Positions 1 through 13,747 of a stretch of 64,000 nt of DNA are shown piece by piece. Position 1 is the stretch's first letter; each line of letters opens with the position of its first letter. The stretch is from assembly GCA_052389535.1 (NCBI GenBank), contig JBQTHU010000061.1, forward strand, positions 82,537 through 146,536, written 5' to 3'. The translations under genes were made by a program, and so were the position numbers. Source of the DNA: Betaproteobacteria bacterium (GTDB taxonomy: Bacteria > Pseudomonadota > Gammaproteobacteria > Burkholderiales > SG8-41). The notes under the pieces are model-generated. The model was not told where the DNA came from. It made no database searches and worked only from the letters and a program-made list of their open reading frames with translations.

Positions 1-805
1 CGATTTCGTGCAGCGGCTTCCTTTCTACGGCGTCGTGGTGCTGTGCGCGGATGACCCCAACGTGCGCGGGATCATGCCGCGGCTCACCAAGCCCGTGACG
101 ACCTACGGTTTCGCGGAGGACGCGCACGTTCGCGCGGTCGCGGTTCAGCCGGCGGGATGCCGGATGAAATTTCGCGTGGTGCGCGCCGCGAACGGCAGGA
201 CGCCGGCAGACCTGCCGATCACGCTCAACCTCGCGGGCGTGCACAACGTCCAGAATGCGCTGGCGGCGATCGCGGTCGGCATGGAACTGGGCGTGCCGGA
301 CGCCAGCATCGCGAAGGCCCTCGCCGAATTCAACGGCGTCGGTCGGCGCTTTGAAAAATACGGCGAGATTGCTCTCGCGGGAGGCGGGTCGTTCACGCTG
401 GTCGACGACTACGGCCACCATCCCGTCGAGATGGCGGCGACACTCGCCGCCGCGCGCGGCGCCTATCCGGGCCGGCGGATTGTGCTTGCGTTCCAGCCGC
501 ACCGCTACACGCGCACCCGCGACTGCTTCGAGGACTTCGTGAGAGTGCTGTCCACGGTGGACGTCCTGCTGCTGACGGAAGTCTACCCCGCAGGCGAGGC
601 GCCGATCGTGGCAGCGGACGGCAGGGCGCTGGCGCGGGCGGTACGCGTGCAGGGCAAAGTGGAGCCGATATTCGTCGATGCCGTTGCCGAACTGCCGCCC
701 GCGATCTTCGCCGCCGCGCGGGATGGCGACGTTGTCATCACCATGGGTGCGGGCGCGATCGGCGGGGTGCCGGCGATGCTCGCGTCTTCCAACGAGCGTG
801 TTTGA
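1..805 (+). CDS. murC: UDP-N-acetylmuramate--L-alanine ligase (5' truncated by window)
   Basis: C-terminal MurC motifs [26 protein letters not shown]; position in dcw cluster. Confidence 0.96.
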   Translation, partial: DFVQRLPFYGVVVLCADDPNVRGIMPRLTKPVTTYGFAEDAHVRAVAVQPAGCRMKFRVVRAANGRTPADLPITLNLAGVHNVQNALAAIAVGMELGVPDASIAKALAEFNGVGRRFEKYGEIALAGGGSFTLVDDYGHHPVEMAATLAAARGAYPGRRIVLAFQPHRYTRTRDCFEDFVRVLSTVDVLLLTEVYPAGEAPIVAADGRALARAVRVQGKVEPIFVDAVAELPPAIFAAARDGDVVITMGAGAIGGVPAMLASSNERV

Positions 806-808
806 CCG

Positions 809-1801
809 ATGGAGACGGACGCGCAATGGGGCCCAGGATATGCCGGGAACGGCAATGCGCGCATGGTGATCCGGAGGTCGGCCACTGCGGGCGCAAGGTG
901 CATTTCCATGGCGGCTGAACTGCGTGGACAGCTCAGACGTGATGAGCCGATGGCGCGGCACGTGAGCTGGCGCGCCGGAGGCAACGCATCGCAGATCTAC
1001 CAGCCTGCAGACACCACAGACCTGCAGCATTTCTTGACGACGCTGCCCGCCGATGAGCCGGTCTACTTCGTGGGGCTCGGAAGCAATCTGCTCGTTCGCG
1101 ATGGCGGCCTAAAGGGTGCGGTCATTCTGACTCACTGGGCGCTGCGCGCGTTGAGGGTGGAGCCGGGCGGCACCGAGATCTACGCCGAGGCGGGGCTTCC
1201 CAGTCCACGCGTCGCGCGATTCGCCGCGATGCACGGTCTCACCGGCGCCGAGTTCCTGGCAGGGATTCCCGGGACTGTGGGAGGCGCCCTCGCCATGAAT
1301 GCAGGCTGTTACGGCCGCGAGACGTGGGACATCGTGCAGCGGGTGCACACCATCGGGCGCGACGGCGAAGTGCGCGTGCGACTGCCAGCCGAGTACCAGG
1401 TCGCCTATCGCGACGTGAGGCGCAAGGAGGATCCCGAGGAGTGGTTCATTTCCGCCACGTTCCGCCTGGTGCCGGGTGACGGTGTCGCTTCGCGCGAGCG
1501 CATCCGCGAGCTGCTCGCCCGGCGCATCGCCACCCAGCCGCTTGGCGAACCGAACGCAGGCTCCGTATTCCGCAACCCGCGCGGCGATTTTGCGGCGCGT
1601 CTGATCGAGGCCTGCGGACTCAAAGGACACACCGTGGGCGGCGCGGTCATTTCGACCAAGCACGCGAACTTCATCGTGAACCGCGGTCACGCACGCGCGG
1701 CCGACATCGAGGCGCTCATAGACTGCGCCCAGGCCGCCGTGAGGGAGAAGTTCGGCATCGAGCTGGAACGCGAAGTGCGCATCATCGGAGAACGCGCGTG
1801 A
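809..1801 (+). CDS. murB: UDP-N-acetylenolpyruvoylglucosamine reductase; alternative start at ATG 908
   Basis: [44 protein letters not shown]. Confidence 0.95.
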   Translation: METDAQWGPGYAGNGNARMVIRRSATAGARCISMAAELRGQLRRDEPMARHVSWRAGGNASQIYQPADTTDLQHFLTTLPADEPVYFVGLGSNLLVRDGGLKGAVILTHWALRALRVEPGGTEIYAEAGLPSPRVARFAAMHGLTGAEFLAGIPGTVGGALAMNAGCYGRETWDIVQRVHTIGRDGEVRVRLPAEYQVAYRDVRRKEDPEEWFISATFRLVPGDGVASRERIRELLARRIATQPLGEPNAGSVFRNPRGDFAARLIEACGLKGHTVGGAVISTKHANFIVNRGHARAADIEALIDCAQAAVREKFGIELEREVRIIGERA

Positions 1802-1926
1802 GCGGGTTTGGAAAAGTTGCAGTGCTGATGGGCGGGCGCGCCGGACTCGGTGCCGTGGAACGGCTGGTGCGGGCAGGCGCGCGGGGCCGCTCAGACGATG
1901 ACTTTGCAGTGGAATGCAGCGGATGA
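1798..1926 (+). CDS. Putative 42-aa mini-ORF starting with a duplicate of the Ddl N-terminus ([14 protein letters not shown]...)
   Basis: GTG overlaps murB stop (GTGA); TGA overlaps ddl ATG (ATGA); no internal stop. Confidence 0.4.
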   Translation: MSGFGKVAVLMGGRAGLGAVERLVRAGARGRSDDDFAVECSG

Positions 1927-1960
1927 ATCGGTTTGGAAAAGTTGCAGTGCTGATGGGCGG
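1805..1960 (+). repeat. 31-bp exact direct repeat GGTTTGGAAAAGTTGCAGTGCTGATGGGCGG (1805-1835 and 1930-1960)
   Basis: Direct comparison of the two copies, offset 125 bp. Confidence 0.95.
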
Positions 1961-2834
1961 CCGCTCCGCCGAGCGCGAGATCTCGCTCAAGAGCGGGAGC
2001 ATGGTACTCGCCGCGCTGCAGCGCAAAGGGGTCGACGCGCACGCCTTCGATCCGCGCGACGCGGGGCTGGAGCAGCTCATCGAACAGAAGTTCGATCGTG
2101 CTTTCATTGCCCTCCATGGCCGTTTCGGCGAAGACGGCACGGTGCAGGGGGCGCTGGAGTATCTGGGCATTCCGTATACGGGCAGCGGCGTCATGGCGAG
2201 CGCGCTCGCGATGGACAAGTGGCGGACCAAGCTCCTCTGGCAGGCGGCCGGTGTGCCGTCACCGGCCTACGAGCTGCTTTCCCGCAACAGCAAATTTCCC
2301 GATGTGGCCGCACGGATCGGACTGCCGCTCATGGTGAAACCCGCGCGCGAAGGTTCCAGCATCGGCATGAGCAAAGTCACATCAGTCGAAAAGCTGCAAC
2401 CCGCATTTGACCTCGCGACTCGGTACGACAGTGTGGTGATCGCCGAGCGCTTCATCGAGGGAATCGAACTGACGGCCGCGATACTCGGCGACGAGCCGCT
2501 GCCGCTCATCCGGCTCGAGACCCCGCGCGTCTTCTATGACTACCAGGCGAAGTATTTCGCCGACGACACGCGCTACATCTGTCCGTGCGGGCTGCCCGCC
2601 GAGCACGAGCGACGCATACAGGCTGCGGCGCTCGGCGCGTTCCGCCTGCTTGGCTGCAGCGGGTGGGGGCGTGTGGATGTCATGCTCGATCGCGGAGGCC
2701 AGCCGTATCTGCTGGAAGTGAACACCATACCCGGCATGACCGACCACAGCCTGGTGCCGATGGCGGCGCGCGCGCGCGGCATCGCTTTCGAGGATCTGGT
2801 GGTGCGCATATTGGATTCGGCCCATGTGGGATAG
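1923..2834 (+). CDS. ddl: D-alanine--D-alanine ligase
   Basis: [52 protein letters not shown]. Confidence 0.97.
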   Translation: MNRFGKVAVLMGGRSAEREISLKSGSMVLAALQRKGVDAHAFDPRDAGLEQLIEQKFDRAFIALHGRFGEDGTVQGALEYLGIPYTGSGVMASALAMDKWRTKLLWQAAGVPSPAYELLSRNSKFPDVAARIGLPLMVKPAREGSSIGMSKVTSVEKLQPAFDLATRYDSVVIAERFIEGIELTAAILGDEPLPLIRLETPRVFYDYQAKYFADDTRYICPCGLPAEHERRIQAAALGAFRLLGCSGWGRVDVMLDRGGQPYLLEVNTIPGMTDHSLVPMAARARGIAFEDLVVRILDSAHVG

Positions 2835-3564
2835 ACCCCACACGCTGAACCGGGTCGCCGATCTCATGATCGCCTGCGCAGTGCTCTTGACGCTCTACGG
2901 CGCGCTCCACTACGTGCTCCGCCTGCCGCTTTTTCCGCTCCGCGAAGTGCGGCTGACGCATGCCGTCTCGCTGGTCAGCCGGGGCGAGGTGGAACTGCTG
3001 ATCCAGCGCGAGGCGCGGGGGAACTTCTTCACAGTGGATCTCGCGGCCCTGCGCGCGGCCTTCGCCGGGCTTCCCTGGGTGAGAAACGTCAGCATGCGGC
3101 GCACGTGGCCCGACCGCCTGGAAGTGACGCTCGAGGAGCACGTGCCGCTTGCGCGCTGGGGTGACAGCGCGCTGGTGAACAGCCACGGCGAGGTGTTCAG
3201 CGCAGCCTACGACGGAGAGCTTCCGCTTTTCATCGGTCCTGCCGACGCCGCGAAGGAGATAGCCATCCAGCACGACTATTTCCGGCGCGCGCTCGCCGCC
3301 ATCGACAAGGCGCCCGAGCAGATTCAGCTGACGCCCCGGCGCGCGTGGCAGGTCCGTCTGGACGACGGCACCACGCTCGAACTGGGACGCGAACACGTGG
3401 AAGCGCGCCTGGGCCGGTTCGTGGCCGCATATCGCCGTACCGTCGAGCCGCTGGGGCGGAAGATCGATGTGGTGGATCTGCGGTATGCGAACGGGTTTGC
3501 GGTGCGCATACCCGAATTGCGCTACGAGAAAAATGCGCCGAAACGGCGCAAGACTCTGTCATAG
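2824..3564 (+). CDS. ftsQ: Cell division protein FtsQ
   Basis: N-terminal TM, POTRA region ([17 protein letters not shown]), [10 protein letters not shown]; between ddl and ftsA. Confidence 0.95.
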   Translation: MWDRPHTLNRVADLMIACAVLLTLYGALHYVLRLPLFPLREVRLTHAVSLVSRGEVELLIQREARGNFFTVDLAALRAAFAGLPWVRNVSMRRTWPDRLEVTLEEHVPLARWGDSALVNSHGEVFSAAYDGELPLFIGPADAAKEIAIQHDYFRRALAAIDKAPEQIQLTPRRAWQVRLDDGTTLELGREHVEARLGRFVAAYRRTVEPLGRKIDVVDLRYANGFAVRIPELRYEKNAPKRRKTLS

Positions 3565-3577
3565 GGGTGCAGGGCGT

Positions 3578-4816
3578 ATGGGGAAAGCCAGGGAGAACAA
3601 CAAATTGGTGGTCGGGCTGGACGTAGGGACTTCCAAGATCGCTGCGATCGTGGCCGAGGTGAAGCCCGATGGCGGTTTCGAGATCATCGGCATGGGGAGC
3701 CATCCGTCACGAGGACTCAAGAAGGGCGTGGTGGTCAACATCGAGACCACGGTGAACGCCATTCAGCGCGCGCTCGAGGAAGCGGAACTGATGGCCGACT
3801 GCAAGATCCGCGAGGTCTACACCGGCATCGCGGGCAGCCATATCAAGAGCTTCAATTCGCAGGGCATGGTGGCCATCAAGGACAAGGAAGTCGTCCAGAT
3901 GGACATCGATCGCGTGATCGAGACCGCAAAGGCGGTGCAGATTCCGAACGACCAGCAGATCCTGCACATCCTCAATCAGGAATTCATCATCGACGGGCAG
4001 GAGGACGTGCGCGAGCCGCTCGGCATGTCGGGCGTGCGCCTCGAAGCGAAAGTGCACATCGTCACCGGCGCCGTCTCCGCCGCCCAGAACATCATCAAGT
4101 GCGTGCGGCGCTGCGGGCTCGAGGTGCGCGATCTGATACTCCAGCCGCTGGCATCCGCCCTCGCGGTGCTCACGGATGACGAAAAGGATCTCGGCGTGTG
4201 CATGGTCGACATCGGAGGCGGGACCACCGACGTCGCGGTATTCACGCATGGCGCGATCCGCCACACCGCGGTGATTCCGATCGCGGGCGACCAGATCACC
4301 AACGATATCGCGATGGCCCTGCGCACGCCGACCAAGGACGCCGAGGACATCAAGCAGCGCTTCGGCTGCGCCCTTTCGCAGCTGGCCGATCCTCAGGAAA
4401 TGGTGGATGTCCCCGGCGTCGGGGACCGCGGAGCGCGCACGCTTTCCCGCAAAACGCTGGCCGAGGTGATCGAGCCGCGCGTCGAGGAGCTTTATTCGCT
4501 GGTGCAGGCCGAGCTGCGCCGCAGCGGTTACGAGGAACTGCTCTCGTCGGGCATCGTCATCACCGGCGGCTCCAGCGCGCTGCAGGGGATGGTGGAACTC
4601 GGCGAGGAGATCTTCCACATGCCGGTGCGCATCGGGAAACCCAATTACAGCGGGGGTCTCGCCGAGGTGGTGCGGCACCCCCGGTACTCAACCGGCGTCG
4701 GGCTGCTGCTGGCGGGCGTTCAGCAGTTTCGCAGCCGGGAACTGGCGCGCATGCAGGTCGGGCCGTTCCAGAACGTGGTGGAGCGCATGCGCAGCTGGTT
4801 CACGGGGAATTTTTGA
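3578..4816 (+). CDS. ftsA: Cell division protein FtsA
   Basis: GLDVGTSKI, DIGGGTTD, C-terminal amphipathic RMRSWFTGNF. Confidence 0.98.
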   Translation: MGKARENNKLVVGLDVGTSKIAAIVAEVKPDGGFEIIGMGSHPSRGLKKGVVVNIETTVNAIQRALEEAELMADCKIREVYTGIAGSHIKSFNSQGMVAIKDKEVVQMDIDRVIETAKAVQIPNDQQILHILNQEFIIDGQEDVREPLGMSGVRLEAKVHIVTGAVSAAQNIIKCVRRCGLEVRDLILQPLASALAVLTDDEKDLGVCMVDIGGGTTDVAVFTHGAIRHTAVIPIAGDQITNDIAMALRTPTKDAEDIKQRFGCALSQLADPQEMVDVPGVGDRGARTLSRKTLAEVIEPRVEELYSLVQAELRRSGYEELLSSGIVITGGSSALQGMVELGEEIFHMPVRIGKPNYSGGLAEVVRHPRYSTGVGLLLAGVQQFRSRELARMQVGPFQNVVERMRSWFTGNF

Positions 4817-4879
4817 GCAGGCGGTTGATATGCGATGTGAAGTCGTGAGGATAAACGCAACACTGACAAGGAGGGCTAC

Positions 4880-6040
4880 ATGATAGAGCTCATCGATACG
4901 CAATCCCAGGAGGCGGTAATCAAAGTCATCGGCGTCGGCGGCTGCGGCGGCAACGCGATCGATCACATGATCGCGCGTGGCGTGCAAGGCGTGGAGTTCG
5001 TCTGCGCCAATACCGATGCACAGGCGTTGAAGCGCAACCAGGCGAAAGTTCAGCTCCAGCTCGGCACCAACATCACCAAGGGTCTCGGTGCCGGCGCCAA
5101 TCCGGAGATCGGCAGGCAGGCGGCGCTGGAGGATCGCGAGCGCATCGCCGAGGTCATCGCCGGTGCCGACATGCTGTTCCTGACCGCGGGCATGGGCGGC
5201 GGCACGGGAACCGGCGCCGCGCCTATCGTCGCCGAAGTGGCGAAGGAGCTGGGGGTGTTGACCGTGGCCGTCGTGACCAAGCCTTTCGCATTCGAGGGCA
5301 AGCGGCAGCGCATCGCCCAGGAGGGGCTCGATGCGCTGGGCCAACACGTGGATTCGCTGATCATCATCCCCAACGACAAGCTGATGCAGGTCCTGGGCAG
5401 CCAGGTGACGCTCGATGAGGCCTTCCAGGCGGCGAACGAGGTACTCCACGGTGCGGTAGCGGGGATCGCGGAAATAATCAGCTGTCCGGGCATGATCAAC
5501 GTCGACTTCGCAGACGTGCGCACCGTGATGGCCGAAATGGGCATGGCGATGATGGGCTCGGCGAAGGCCGACGGCCCGGACCGTGCGCGCGTCGCGGCGG
5601 AGCAAGCGGTTGCGTGTCCGCTGCTGGAGGACATCAACATCTCCGATGCGCGTGGCGTGCTGGTGAATATCTCAGCCAGCAAGGCAACATTTCAGCTGCA
5701 GGAGATGTACGACGTGATGGAGACCATCAAGGCGTTCGCGGCCGAATCGGCGACCGTGATCGTCGGCACGGTTTACGACGAGGGGCTGGAAGCGAACCTG
5801 CGCGTTACCATCGTCGCAACCGGGCTCGGCAAGCCCGCCGGCCGGCATCAGGCCAAGCCGCTTGCCGTGGTAGCGCAAAAAACGGGCACGGACAACGCGC
5901 CGGTCGAAGTGGATTACGACGCGCTCGAGCAGCCTGCTGTCATCCGGCGTCGCAACCGGGATGCCACCGTTGAAGCGATGCGGCAGTCCGGCGTCGAGAT
6001 GCTCGATATCCCGGCGTTCCTGAGAAAGCAGGCGGACTAA
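4880..6040 (+). CDS. ftsZ: Cell division GTPase FtsZ
   Basis: GGGTGTG signature, NVDFADV, C-terminal DIPAFLRKQAD. Confidence 0.99.
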   Translation: MIELIDTQSQEAVIKVIGVGGCGGNAIDHMIARGVQGVEFVCANTDAQALKRNQAKVQLQLGTNITKGLGAGANPEIGRQAALEDRERIAEVIAGADMLFLTAGMGGGTGTGAAPIVAEVAKELGVLTVAVVTKPFAFEGKRQRIAQEGLDALGQHVDSLIIIPNDKLMQVLGSQVTLDEAFQAANEVLHGAVAGIAEIISCPGMINVDFADVRTVMAEMGMAMMGSAKADGPDRARVAAEQAVACPLLEDINISDARGVLVNISASKATFQLQEMYDVMETIKAFAAESATVIVGTVYDEGLEANLRVTIVATGLGKPAGRHQAKPLAVVAQKTGTDNAPVEVDYDALEQPAVIRRRNRDATVEAMRQSGVEMLDIPAFLRKQAD

Positions 6041-6148
6041 CGCAGCGGCGATTCGAACGACCTGCGAGCCCGCCGGCTGGCTGCGGCGGTCATTCATCGT
6101 CATGGTCCCGGAGGTCGGCTGCGGCGGCGTAACGAGACCTAAAAGGCT

Positions 6149-6177
6149 TTGCGGGCGGGGTCGTATGCTGCTAAGAT
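6149..6177 (+). promoter_or_regulatory. Putative sigma70 promoter for lpxC
   Basis: TTGCGG-17 nt-TAAGAT with an extended TG upstream of the -10. Confidence 0.45.
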
Positions 6178-6213
6178 ATCGCCACTTAACGAATTGAAAT
6201 ACCGGCATTTTTT

Positions 6214-7125
6214 GTGATCCGACAGCGGACACTGAAAAACACCATCCGGGCCACCGGGGTGGGGCTGCACACGGGCCTCAAGGTGTCGCTCGCGCTGCGT
6301 CCGGCGGCCGCGGATACCGGTATCGTGTTCCGTCGCGTCGATCTCGCGCAGCCGGTGGACATCAAGGCGAGTCCGTATGCGGTCGGGGACACCAGGCTTT
6401 CCTCCTGCCTGGAAAAGGACGGCGTACGCGTGTCGACCGTGGAGCACCTGATGTCGGCATTCGGAGGCCTCGGGGTGGATAACGCCTACGTTGACGTGTC
6501 GGCGCCCGAGGTGCCGATCATGGACGGCAGCGCCGGGCCGCTGGTTTTTCTGCTCCAGTCGGCCGGGCTCGAAGAGCAGAACGCGCCCAAGCGGTTCATC
6601 CGCATCCTGAAGCCGGTCGAAGTGCTCGACGGTGACAAGTGGGTGCGCTTCGAGCCGCACAACGGTTTCAAGCTGGAACTCGGCATCGATTTCGACCACC
6701 CCGTCTTCGATCGCGCACGCCAGTCCGTATGCGTGGATTTCGCTACCACTTCCTACGTAAAGGAAGTCAGCCGCGCACGCACGTTCGGTTTCATGCACGA
6801 CGTGGAAAGCATGCGGGCGCAGGGTCTCGCGCTCGGCGGCAGCCTCGACAATGCGATCGTCATGGACGACTACCGCGTGCTGAACAACGACGGATTGCGT
6901 TACAGCGACGAATTCGTCAAGCACAAGGTTCTGGATGCGATCGGCGATCTCTACCTGCTCGGCCATCCGCTGATCGGAGCCTTCAGCGGATACAAGTCAG
7001 GACACGCGCTCAACAACCTTCTGCTGAGACGTCTGGTCGAAGCCGAAAGCGCGTGGGAATTCGCCAGCTTCGAGCGCGCGGAGGAGGCGCCGGTATTCCT
7101 CGGCTGGCAGACACAGCCGACATGA
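6214..7125 (+). CDS. lpxC: UDP-3-O-acyl-GlcNAc deacetylase
   Basis: [39 protein letters not shown]. Confidence 0.98.
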   Translation: MIRQRTLKNTIRATGVGLHTGLKVSLALRPAAADTGIVFRRVDLAQPVDIKASPYAVGDTRLSSCLEKDGVRVSTVEHLMSAFGGLGVDNAYVDVSAPEVPIMDGSAGPLVFLLQSAGLEEQNAPKRFIRILKPVEVLDGDKWVRFEPHNGFKLELGIDFDHPVFDRARQSVCVDFATTSYVKEVSRARTFGFMHDVESMRAQGLALGGSLDNAIVMDDYRVLNNDGLRYSDEFVKHKVLDAIGDLYLLGHPLIGAFSGYKSGHALNNLLLRRLVEAESAWEFASFERAEEAPVFLGWQTQPT

Positions 7126-7167
7126 AGCCGCGGATCAGCCGGTCGTCCCCCGCTGAACCGCAATGAC

Positions 7168-7353
7168 ATGCTGATCCTGCGACTGGTCGGTGCGCTGGCG
7201 CTTATCACGATCGGCACGGCATTGATCCTCTACCTCTTTACCCGCAATCGACGCTACCTGACCTTCGCGTGGCGGGTGTTTCAGTTCGGAGTGGTGCTTG
7301 CGATGGTCGTGATGGCGTTCTACGTGGTGGAACGTCTGCTGCTCGCCGTCTGA
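7168..7353 (+). CDS. Small two-TM membrane protein (61 aa), unknown function
   Basis: Two hydrophobic helices separated by a basic loop (TRNRRY); fills the gap after lpxC. Confidence 0.7.
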   Translation: MLILRLVGALALITIGTALILYLFTRNRRYLTFAWRVFQFGVVLAMVVMAFYVVERLLLAV

Positions 7354-7797
7354 TCACTCACGGCAGCCATGACGCCGTACTAGCCGCGACACCGCGGCCT
7401 TCAATGGCGACTCCGGCAGCTTCTCTGCAAGCGCCCGAAAAATATCAACGTTTTCAATGCCGGTTGCGGATGTCCGCGATCCGGCCGCGGGTCGCGCTGT
7501 GACTTCCCTCACTTGCACCGCAATTTTAATTCCAGTAATCTCGGGGGCGCGTTTTCGGATACTCAACAACAAGCTTGGTGCGAGCTGCCGCAGTTTGGTG
7601 GCGACCGCCGCGTTGTCCGCCGAAAGATAGAGGGTCCCCGCCCGATAATCTCTGACCCGGCTTGCCCGGCAGAGGGGCGCGGGAGCGCAGTCCAGAAATA
7701 CGCTGTGCAGCTCCGCCAGGCGTTGCGCCTTGCGGGCAAGGGATTTCAGTTCGGGCGCCTCGAGCAATGCGCCGATCTTTCGGGCGGGCACGAGCAT
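7354..7797 (-). CDS. dciA: DciA/DUF721 replicative helicase loader; start at ATG 7797 or GTG 7791
   Basis: GTLYLSADNAAVATKLRQLAPSLL motif; usual position between lpxC and M23/secA on the opposite strand. Confidence 0.8.
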   Translation of the reverse strand: MLVPARKIGALLEAPELKSLARKAQRLAELHSVFLDCAPAPLCRASRVRDYRAGTLYLSADNAAVATKLRQLAPSLLLSIRKRAPEITGIKIAVQVREVTARPAAGSRTSATGIENVDIFRALAEKLPESPLKAAVSRLVRRHGCRE

Positions 7798-7813
7798 CTG
7801 TCGCGGGGAAACA

Positions 7814-8725
7814 ATGAATATTATTCTAGTTTCCGAGAACCTCGCAAAAGCGAAGACCATCACGCTCGGCGTCCCGCAGCTGGCGATGCTCGCTTTCGGG
7901 GCGCTGTCCATGGTGGTTGTCGCTGCCGTGCTGCTGCACTCCCTCGTGCGCTATGCCCCGATCCCGCAGCTGCCTTATATCGGGTCTTTCCTGGGTGACT
8001 CCCACGACGCGCGCCAGTCAGAGGAGTTTCAGGTGCGCGAGCACATCCACGCGATAGCAGTCCGGGTCGGACACATGCAGGCGCAGCTGCTGCGCCTTGA
8101 TACGCTCGGGGAGCGCCTTGCCCGTCTGGCGGGGTTCAAGCCGCAGGAGCTGATGTTTGGCGAAGTGCCCGGCCAGGGAGGTGCAACACCAGGCGCCTCC
8201 GGACAGCACCTCTCCATCGCCGATGTGACGCATCAGCTCGACACACTGATGCGCCAGCTGGAGGACCGGGGCGACCGGCTGGGGCTGCTGGAGTCGCTCT
8301 TTACCCTGAATCGCGTGAAGGAACAGCTGATGCCCACGCGGGTCCCGGTCGAAGGCGGCTGGTATTCGTCGAACTACGGGTGGCGGATCGACCCGTTCAC
8401 CGGGCAGAGGGCCTTTCACGAAGGCATCGATTTCATGGCGGAGCACGGCACGCCGATACACGCGGCGGCGGCGGGCGTCGTCTCGTATTCGGAGTACCAC
8501 CCGCAGTATGGTAATATGATCGAGATCGATCACGGCAACGGCCTCCTAACGCGCTACGCGCACGCGTCCGCGCGGGCGGTGAAGACCGGCGACATCGTCA
8601 TGCGAAGCGCGAAGATCGGCGAGGTCGGCAGGACCGGGCGCGCAACGGGTACTCATCTGCATTTCGAAGTGCGTCGGAATGGCGCTCCCCAGAATCCCAC
8701 CCGATTCCTGCAGCTGCCTGGCTGA
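7814..8725 (+). CDS. M23 family metallopeptidase
   Basis: N-terminal TM, coiled coil, HEGID (HxxxD), RYAH, HLHFEV (HxH). Confidence 0.93.
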   Translation: MNIILVSENLAKAKTITLGVPQLAMLAFGALSMVVVAAVLLHSLVRYAPIPQLPYIGSFLGDSHDARQSEEFQVREHIHAIAVRVGHMQAQLLRLDTLGERLARLAGFKPQELMFGEVPGQGGATPGASGQHLSIADVTHQLDTLMRQLEDRGDRLGLLESLFTLNRVKEQLMPTRVPVEGGWYSSNYGWRIDPFTGQRAFHEGIDFMAEHGTPIHAAAAGVVSYSEYHPQYGNMIEIDHGNGLLTRYAHASARAVKTGDIVMRSAKIGEVGRTGRATGTHLHFEVRRNGAPQNPTRFLQLPG

Positions 8726-8744
8726 GCAATGCGAACGGATTAGC

Positions 8745-8778
8745 GGGGGTGGGGTGTTTCCCCACCCCCTTTTTATTT
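8745..8778 (+). terminator. Intrinsic terminator-like hairpin between M23 gene and secA
   Basis: GGGGGTGGGG-tgttt-CCCCACCCCC perfect 10-bp stem followed by TTTTTATTT. Confidence 0.7.
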
Positions 8779-8788
8779 ACGGAATTTC

Positions 8789-11599
<2,811 letters not shown>

Positions 11600-11618
11600 C
11601 CCGCCGGTTCGTCTTCAC

Positions 11619-12857
11619 ATGCCTGTCAACCTTTCGGCCCCGGATCCCCGTGCGCTTTTTCCGGTTGCGGGCGTGGAGCTCGGCGTAACCAAGGCCGGCA
11701 TCCGCCGGCCGGATCGCGTGGACCTGACGGTCATGCGCCTGTGCGAAGGCACCCGTGCCGCGGCGGTGTTTACGCAGAACCGCTTCTGCGCGGCGCCGGT
11801 GGTGGTCGCGCGCCAGCATCTGACCATGCTCGACCCGAATGCTTCGATCCGCGGGTTGGTGGTCAACACGGGTTACGCCAACGCCGGCACCGGCAAGGCC
11901 GGTATTTCGGCTGCACGACAGGTGTGCGGCGAAGTGGCGCGGCTGATCGGCTGCGCTTCCGGCCAGGTCCTGCCGTTCTCCACCGGCGTCATCATGGAAC
12001 CTTTGCCGCTCGAGCGCGTTGCGGCGGGACTGCCGGCTTGCATTGCGGATTTGCGCGAGGACAACTGGCTCGCCGCGGCGCAGGCGATCATGACGACCGA
12101 TACGCTTCCCAAGGCGGCCTCGTTGCGGACGGAGATAGATGGTCGCACCATCACCGTGACCGGGATGGCCAAGGGCGCCGGCATGATCCACCCCAATATG
12201 GCGACCATGCTCGGCTTCATCGCTACGGATGCCGCCGTCAGCCTGCCGCTTCTGCGCTCTGCCGTAAGCGAAGCGGCCAGGCGGTCGTTCAATTGCATCA
12301 CCGTCGATGGTGACACCTCGACGAACGACGCCCTTGTGCTGGTCGCCACCGCCTGCGCGCCGATGCCGCAGATAACGGCTGCGGGCAGCGCAGAATACCG
12401 GGTGTTTTGCGATGCGGTCTCGAAAGTCGCGATCCGACTTGCGCAGAGCATCGTCCGCGACGCGGAGGGCGCCACCAAGTTCATCACCGTCTCGGTGGAA
12501 GCTGCGCGCAACAGCGACGAGTGCCGCAAGGTTGCGTACGCGGTCGCACACTCACCGCTGGTGAAAACGGCGTTTTTCGCGTCCGATCCCAATCTGGGTC
12601 GCATACTCGCCGCCGTGGGTTATGCCGGCGTAACCGATCTCGACGTCGAAAAGGTGGACCTTTATCTCGACGACGTGCTGGTGGCGAAGAACGGCAGCCG
12701 GCACCCGGAATATCGCGAAGCGGACGGCCAGCGTGTCATGAAGCAAAGCGAGATCACCGTGCGCATCGCACTCAATCGCGGCCATGCAGCAGCGCAGGTC
12801 TGGACGTGCGACTTATCGCACGAATACGTGCGCATCAACGCCGATTACCGCAGCTGA
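11619..12857 (+). CDS. argJ: Bifunctional ornithine acetyltransferase/N-acetylglutamate synthase
   Basis: [39 protein letters not shown]. Confidence 0.97.
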   Translation: MPVNLSAPDPRALFPVAGVELGVTKAGIRRPDRVDLTVMRLCEGTRAAAVFTQNRFCAAPVVVARQHLTMLDPNASIRGLVVNTGYANAGTGKAGISAARQVCGEVARLIGCASGQVLPFSTGVIMEPLPLERVAAGLPACIADLREDNWLAAAQAIMTTDTLPKAASLRTEIDGRTITVTGMAKGAGMIHPNMATMLGFIATDAAVSLPLLRSAVSEAARRSFNCITVDGDTSTNDALVLVATACAPMPQITAAGSAEYRVFCDAVSKVAIRLAQSIVRDAEGATKFITVSVEAARNSDECRKVAYAVAHSPLVKTAFFASDPNLGRILAAVGYAGVTDLDVEKVDLYLDDVLVAKNGSRHPEYREADGQRVMKQSEITVRIALNRGHAAAQVWTCDLSHEYVRINADYRS

Positions 12858-12859
12858 CG

Positions 12860-13747
12860 ATGAACGACTTTTCGACACTCGTCCTACGCGCGGAGGCGCT
12901 CGTGAGCCGGCTGGAAAAGCTTCTGACGTTGGAACCGCCCGCGACCGACTGGAAAGCCTCGATCGCATTTCGCTGGCGCAAGCGCGACGGGCGCGCCTGT
13001 ATCGAGCCGGTCAGCAACGTCCATCGCATCGAGCTGAAGGATCTCCGCGGCATAGAGGAACAGAAAGCCCTGGTTGAGCAGAACACGCGCCAATTCGTGG
13101 AAGGCTACCCGGCGAACAACGTGCTGCTCACCGGCGCGCGCGGCACCGGCAAGTCCTCGCTGGTCAAGGCGCTGCTCAACAAGTATGCGCCCCGCGGGCT
13201 GCGCGTCATCGAGGTCGAAAAGCGCGATCTGGTGGATCTTCCGGAGATCGTGGAGCGAATCTGCAGGCGGGCCGAGCGCTTCGTGCTCTACTGCGACGAT
13301 CTCTCGTTCGAGGCGGACGAGCCGGGCTACAAGGCGTTGAAGGTGGTGCTCGACGGCTCGGTGGCAGCCGCCTCGGAGAACTGCCTGATCTATGCCACGT
13401 CGAACCGCCGGCATCTCATGCCGGAGTACATGCAGGAAAACCTCGAGTACCGCCATGTCGGGGAAGAGATCCACCCCGGCGAAACGTCCGAGGAGAAGGT
13501 GTCGCTTTCGGAGCGGTTCGGGTTGTGGGTGTCGTTCTACCCGTTCGACCAGGACGACTATCTCAAGATCGTCGCCGTATGGCTAGAGCACTACAAGGCG
13601 CCGGCCGCGAGTGCCGACGCCGTGCAACGGGCTGCGCTGCAGTGGGCGCTTCAGCGCGGCTCGCGCAGCGGGCGCGTCGCGTGGCAGTTCGCCCGCGACT
13701 GGGCGGGACGGCAACGCCTCAAGTCGGAGGGTGGCAGGCGCAAGTGA
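12860..13747 (+). CDS. DUF815 AAA+ ATP-binding protein
   Basis: Walker A GARGTGKS, YCDDLSF, YATSNRRHL, RGSRSGRVA. Confidence 0.92.
   Translation: MNDFSTLVLRAEALVSRLEKLLTLEPPATDWKASIAFRWRKRDGRACIEPVSNVHRIELKDLRGIEEQKALVEQNTRQFVEGYPANNVLLTGARGTGKSSLVKALLNKYAPRGLRVIEVEKRDLVDLPEIVERICRRAERFVLYCDDLSFEADEPGYKALKVVLDGSVAAASENCLIYATSNRRHLMPEYMQENLEYRHVGEEIHPGETSEEKVSLSERFGLWVSFYPFDQDDYLKIVAVWLEHYKAPAASADAVQRAALQWALQRGSRSGRVAWQFARDWAGRQRLKSEGGRRK

Noticed and set aside
8680..8725. SecM-like arrest peptide at the M23 C-terminus
   Set aside because: It ends NPTRFLQLPG, with no RAGP/RAPP-type motif
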